A stretch of 32,000 nt of DNA, taken from Buchnera aphidicola (Neophyllaphis podocarpi). GTDB taxonomy: Bacteria > Pseudomonadota > Gammaproteobacteria > Enterobacterales > Enterobacteriaceae. The stretch spans positions 480,001-512,000 of the forward strand of contig NZ_OZ060386.1 of assembly GCF_964059055.1 (NCBI RefSeq), given 5' to 3'. Made by a program: the position numbers and the translations under genes. A model generated the notes under the pieces. That model did no database searches, was not told the origin of the DNA, and was given only the letters and a program-made list of their open reading frames with translations. Numbering within the stretch: the stretch's first letter is position 1; each line of letters begins with the position of its first letter. Shown in pieces: positions 30,375-32,000 of the stretch.

Positions 30375-30935
30375 ATGCTAATATTAATTTTATTCAGTAA
30401 AAAAATAATTGACATATACATTATGATAATAATACTACGTATATGGATCAATTTATTAAATAATGATTTACATGATAATTTGTCTAAATTTATAATAAAA
30501 GCAACAGAACCTCTTATAAATTTAATTAATAAATTAAGTATAAGTAAAAATACTAATTACATAAATATATATTTAATATTGATATCTTTAGTAATAACAA
30601 CAATAAAAAATTCTATTATTATGTTCGTAAGTACCGGATATTTTTATATAAATCCAATAAACTTAATTGTAAATATAGCTTCATTATTAAAATTAATAGG
30701 TAATTTAATATTTTACTTAATAATAACACGTTCATTTATTAGTTTTATTAAACAAGAGTATAGTAGCATAAACTACTTATTAGTAAAGTTAACAGATCCT
30801 TTAATATTACCAATCAAAAGAATAATTCCAGATGTAGGTAATCTAGATTTTGCACCAACAATACTAATAATATTTCTATATTTATTAAATTTTTTAGGAA
30901 ATATAATTTTTTTTAAAATATGGAATTTTATATAA
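30375..30935 (+). CDS. yggT: YggT-family integral membrane protein
   Basis: The 186-aa hydrophobic ORF is colinear with E. coli YggT (...LRIWxxxxxxDxxNxxSxFxxKxTxPxxxPxxRxIP repeated in both halves: LTDPLILPIKRIIPDVGNLDF versus LADPLLRPIRRLLPAMGGIDF). It follows yggS, as in E. coli. Confidence 0.8.
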   Translation: MLILILFSKKIIDIYIMIIILRIWINLLNNDLHDNLSKFIIKATEPLINLINKLSISKNTNYINIYLILISLVITTIKNSIIMFVSTGYFYINPINLIVNIASLLKLIGNLIFYLIITRSFISFIKQEYSSINYLLVKLTDPLILPIKRIIPDVGNLDFAPTILIIFLYLLNFLGNIIFFKIWNFI

Positions 30936-30948
30936 TAAAAATATAAAA

Positions 30949-32000
30949 ATGATAAATTATCTACCTCCATTAAGCTTATATATACATATACCCTGGTGCT
31001 TAAAAAAATGTGATTACTGTGATTTTAATGTACATAAATATCAGAAAAAGATTGATCAGAATAATTACATAAAACACGTAATATTAGATTTAAGAAATAA
31101 TTTACCATTAATATTAAATAGAAATATTAAAACAGTATTTATTGGAGGTGGTAGTCCTGGATTAATTAAAATTGAAATCATAAAAAAACTAATAAACAAA
31201 ATAAAAGAAATACTAAAAATAAAAAATAAAATAGAAATAACAATAGAAATAAACCCAAACAAAAAAGAAATTTACAAAATAAATCAATTTGTTAAAGCAG
31301 GTATTAATCGTATATCAATAGGAATACAAACATTTAATAAAAAAAATATGGTTTTAATAGGAAGAAATCAAGAACTAAAAAATATAATGCGATCAGTAAA
31401 AATTGTTAAATCAACAAATTGTAAAAACTTTAACATAGATATAATATACGGATTGCCTAATCAAACTATAGAAGAAGCAATATATGATATAAAAAAAGCT
31501 ATTAAACTAAAACCGGATCATATATCATGGTATCAGTTAACAGTAGAAAAAAATACAATTCTTTATTATAAAAAACCTATTCTACCAAACGAAAATGTTT
31601 TATATAAAATAACAAAGTTAGGTAATAAAATACTTAAAAATAATGGATTTTACCAATATGAAATTTCTTCATATGCAAAAAAAAATAAAAAATGCAAACA
31701 TAACTTAAACTACTGGAGATTTGGTGATTACTTAGGAATAGGTTGTGGTGCTCATAGTAAAATAACTCAATCAAATAATAAAATATTAAGAATAATAAAA
31801 AATAAAAGACCAATAGATTTTATAAAAGGAAAATACATAAATAAAAAGTACGAAATCTTAAAAAAAGACAAAATAATAGAATATTTTATGAATTATTTTA
31901 GAATTTATGAAAAAGTATCAATAAAAAAATTTAGTAAATATACAAATATTAAAGAAAAAGATATTTTACCTAAAATTCAAAAAGCGATAAAACATGGATA
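30949..32000 (+). CDS. hemW: Radical-SAM heme chaperone HemW (YggW, HemN-like), 5' part; runs off the window end
   Basis: This gene is absent from the ORF track because no stop occurs inside the window. My own translation from the ATG at 30949 gives MINYLPPLSLYIHIPWCLKKCDYCDFN...TVFIGGGSPG...GINRISIGIQTF...NIDIIYGLPNQT...HISWYQLTVEKNT...YEISSYAK...CKHNLNYWRFGDYLGIGCGAHSK. This is colinear with E. coli HemW (LPPLSLYIHIPWCVQKCPYCDFN...). The CxxxCxxC radical-SAM motif is present. Confidence 0.9.
   Translation, partial: MINYLPPLSLYIHIPWCLKKCDYCDFNVHKYQKKIDQNNYIKHVILDLRNNLPLILNRNIKTVFIGGGSPGLIKIEIIKKLINKIKEILKIKNKIEITIEINPNKKEIYKINQFVKAGINRISIGIQTFNKKNMVLIGRNQELKNIMRSVKIVKSTNCKNFNIDIIYGLPNQTIEEAIYDIKKAIKLKPDHISWYQLTVEKNTILYYKKPILPNENVLYKITKLGNKILKNNGFYQYEISSYAKKNKKCKHNLNYWRFGDYLGIGCGAHSKITQSNNKILRIIKNKRPIDFIKGKYINKKYEILKKDKIIEYFMNYFRIYEKVSIKKFSKYTNIKEKDILPKIQKAIKHG

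Noticed and set aside
30773-31262. Two 65-aa minus-strand ORFs (30773-30970 and 31065-31262)
   Set aside because: They lie antisense to the yggT 3' end and to the hemW radical-SAM core, which is clearly coding on the plus strand.

Overview
This window is an extremely AT-rich stretch (about one-fifth G+C by eye, not computed), gene-dense and made almost entirely of housekeeping genes. It looks like the reduced genome of an Enterobacterales-derived obligate insect endosymbiont. The gene order matches my recollection of Buchnera aphidicola, but the species cannot be determined from this sequence. The genetic code is standard: TGA is used as a stop at the rplD/rplW ATGA overlap, and Trp is TGG. 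On the minus strand, bases 1-13749 carry the end of the spc operon (rplO 5' part to rplN), the whole S10 operon (rpsQ to rpsJ) and the str operon (tufA, fusA, rpsG, rpsL). The rest of the window holds fkpA, tsgA, trpS, rpe, aroB, aroK, tRNA-Ser(GGA), deoD, deoB, an ansA interrupted by one in-frame stop, nfuA, bioH, ssb, dnaB, gshB, ruvX(yqgF), yggS, yggT and the 5' part of hemW(yggW). I see no mobile elements, CRISPR arrays, defence genes or unassigned multi-gene cassettes, so I do not claim a novel multi-gene system. Four things deserve a second look. (1) A perfect 164-bp palindrome (79-bp arms, 6-nt centre) lies at the convergent bioH/ssb junction. It copies the last 15 codons of ssb in inverted orientation onto the 3' end of bioH. 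(2) An A10 slippery run sits at the edge of that copy, and a -1 shift there would append the SSB acidic tail to BioH. (3) ansA is broken by a single TAA codon and is otherwise well conserved. (4) An ORF-free spacer of about 1.2 kb lies where tusBCD sit in E. coli, and an unusually long 0.5-kb rpsJ-tufA spacer lies further upstream.
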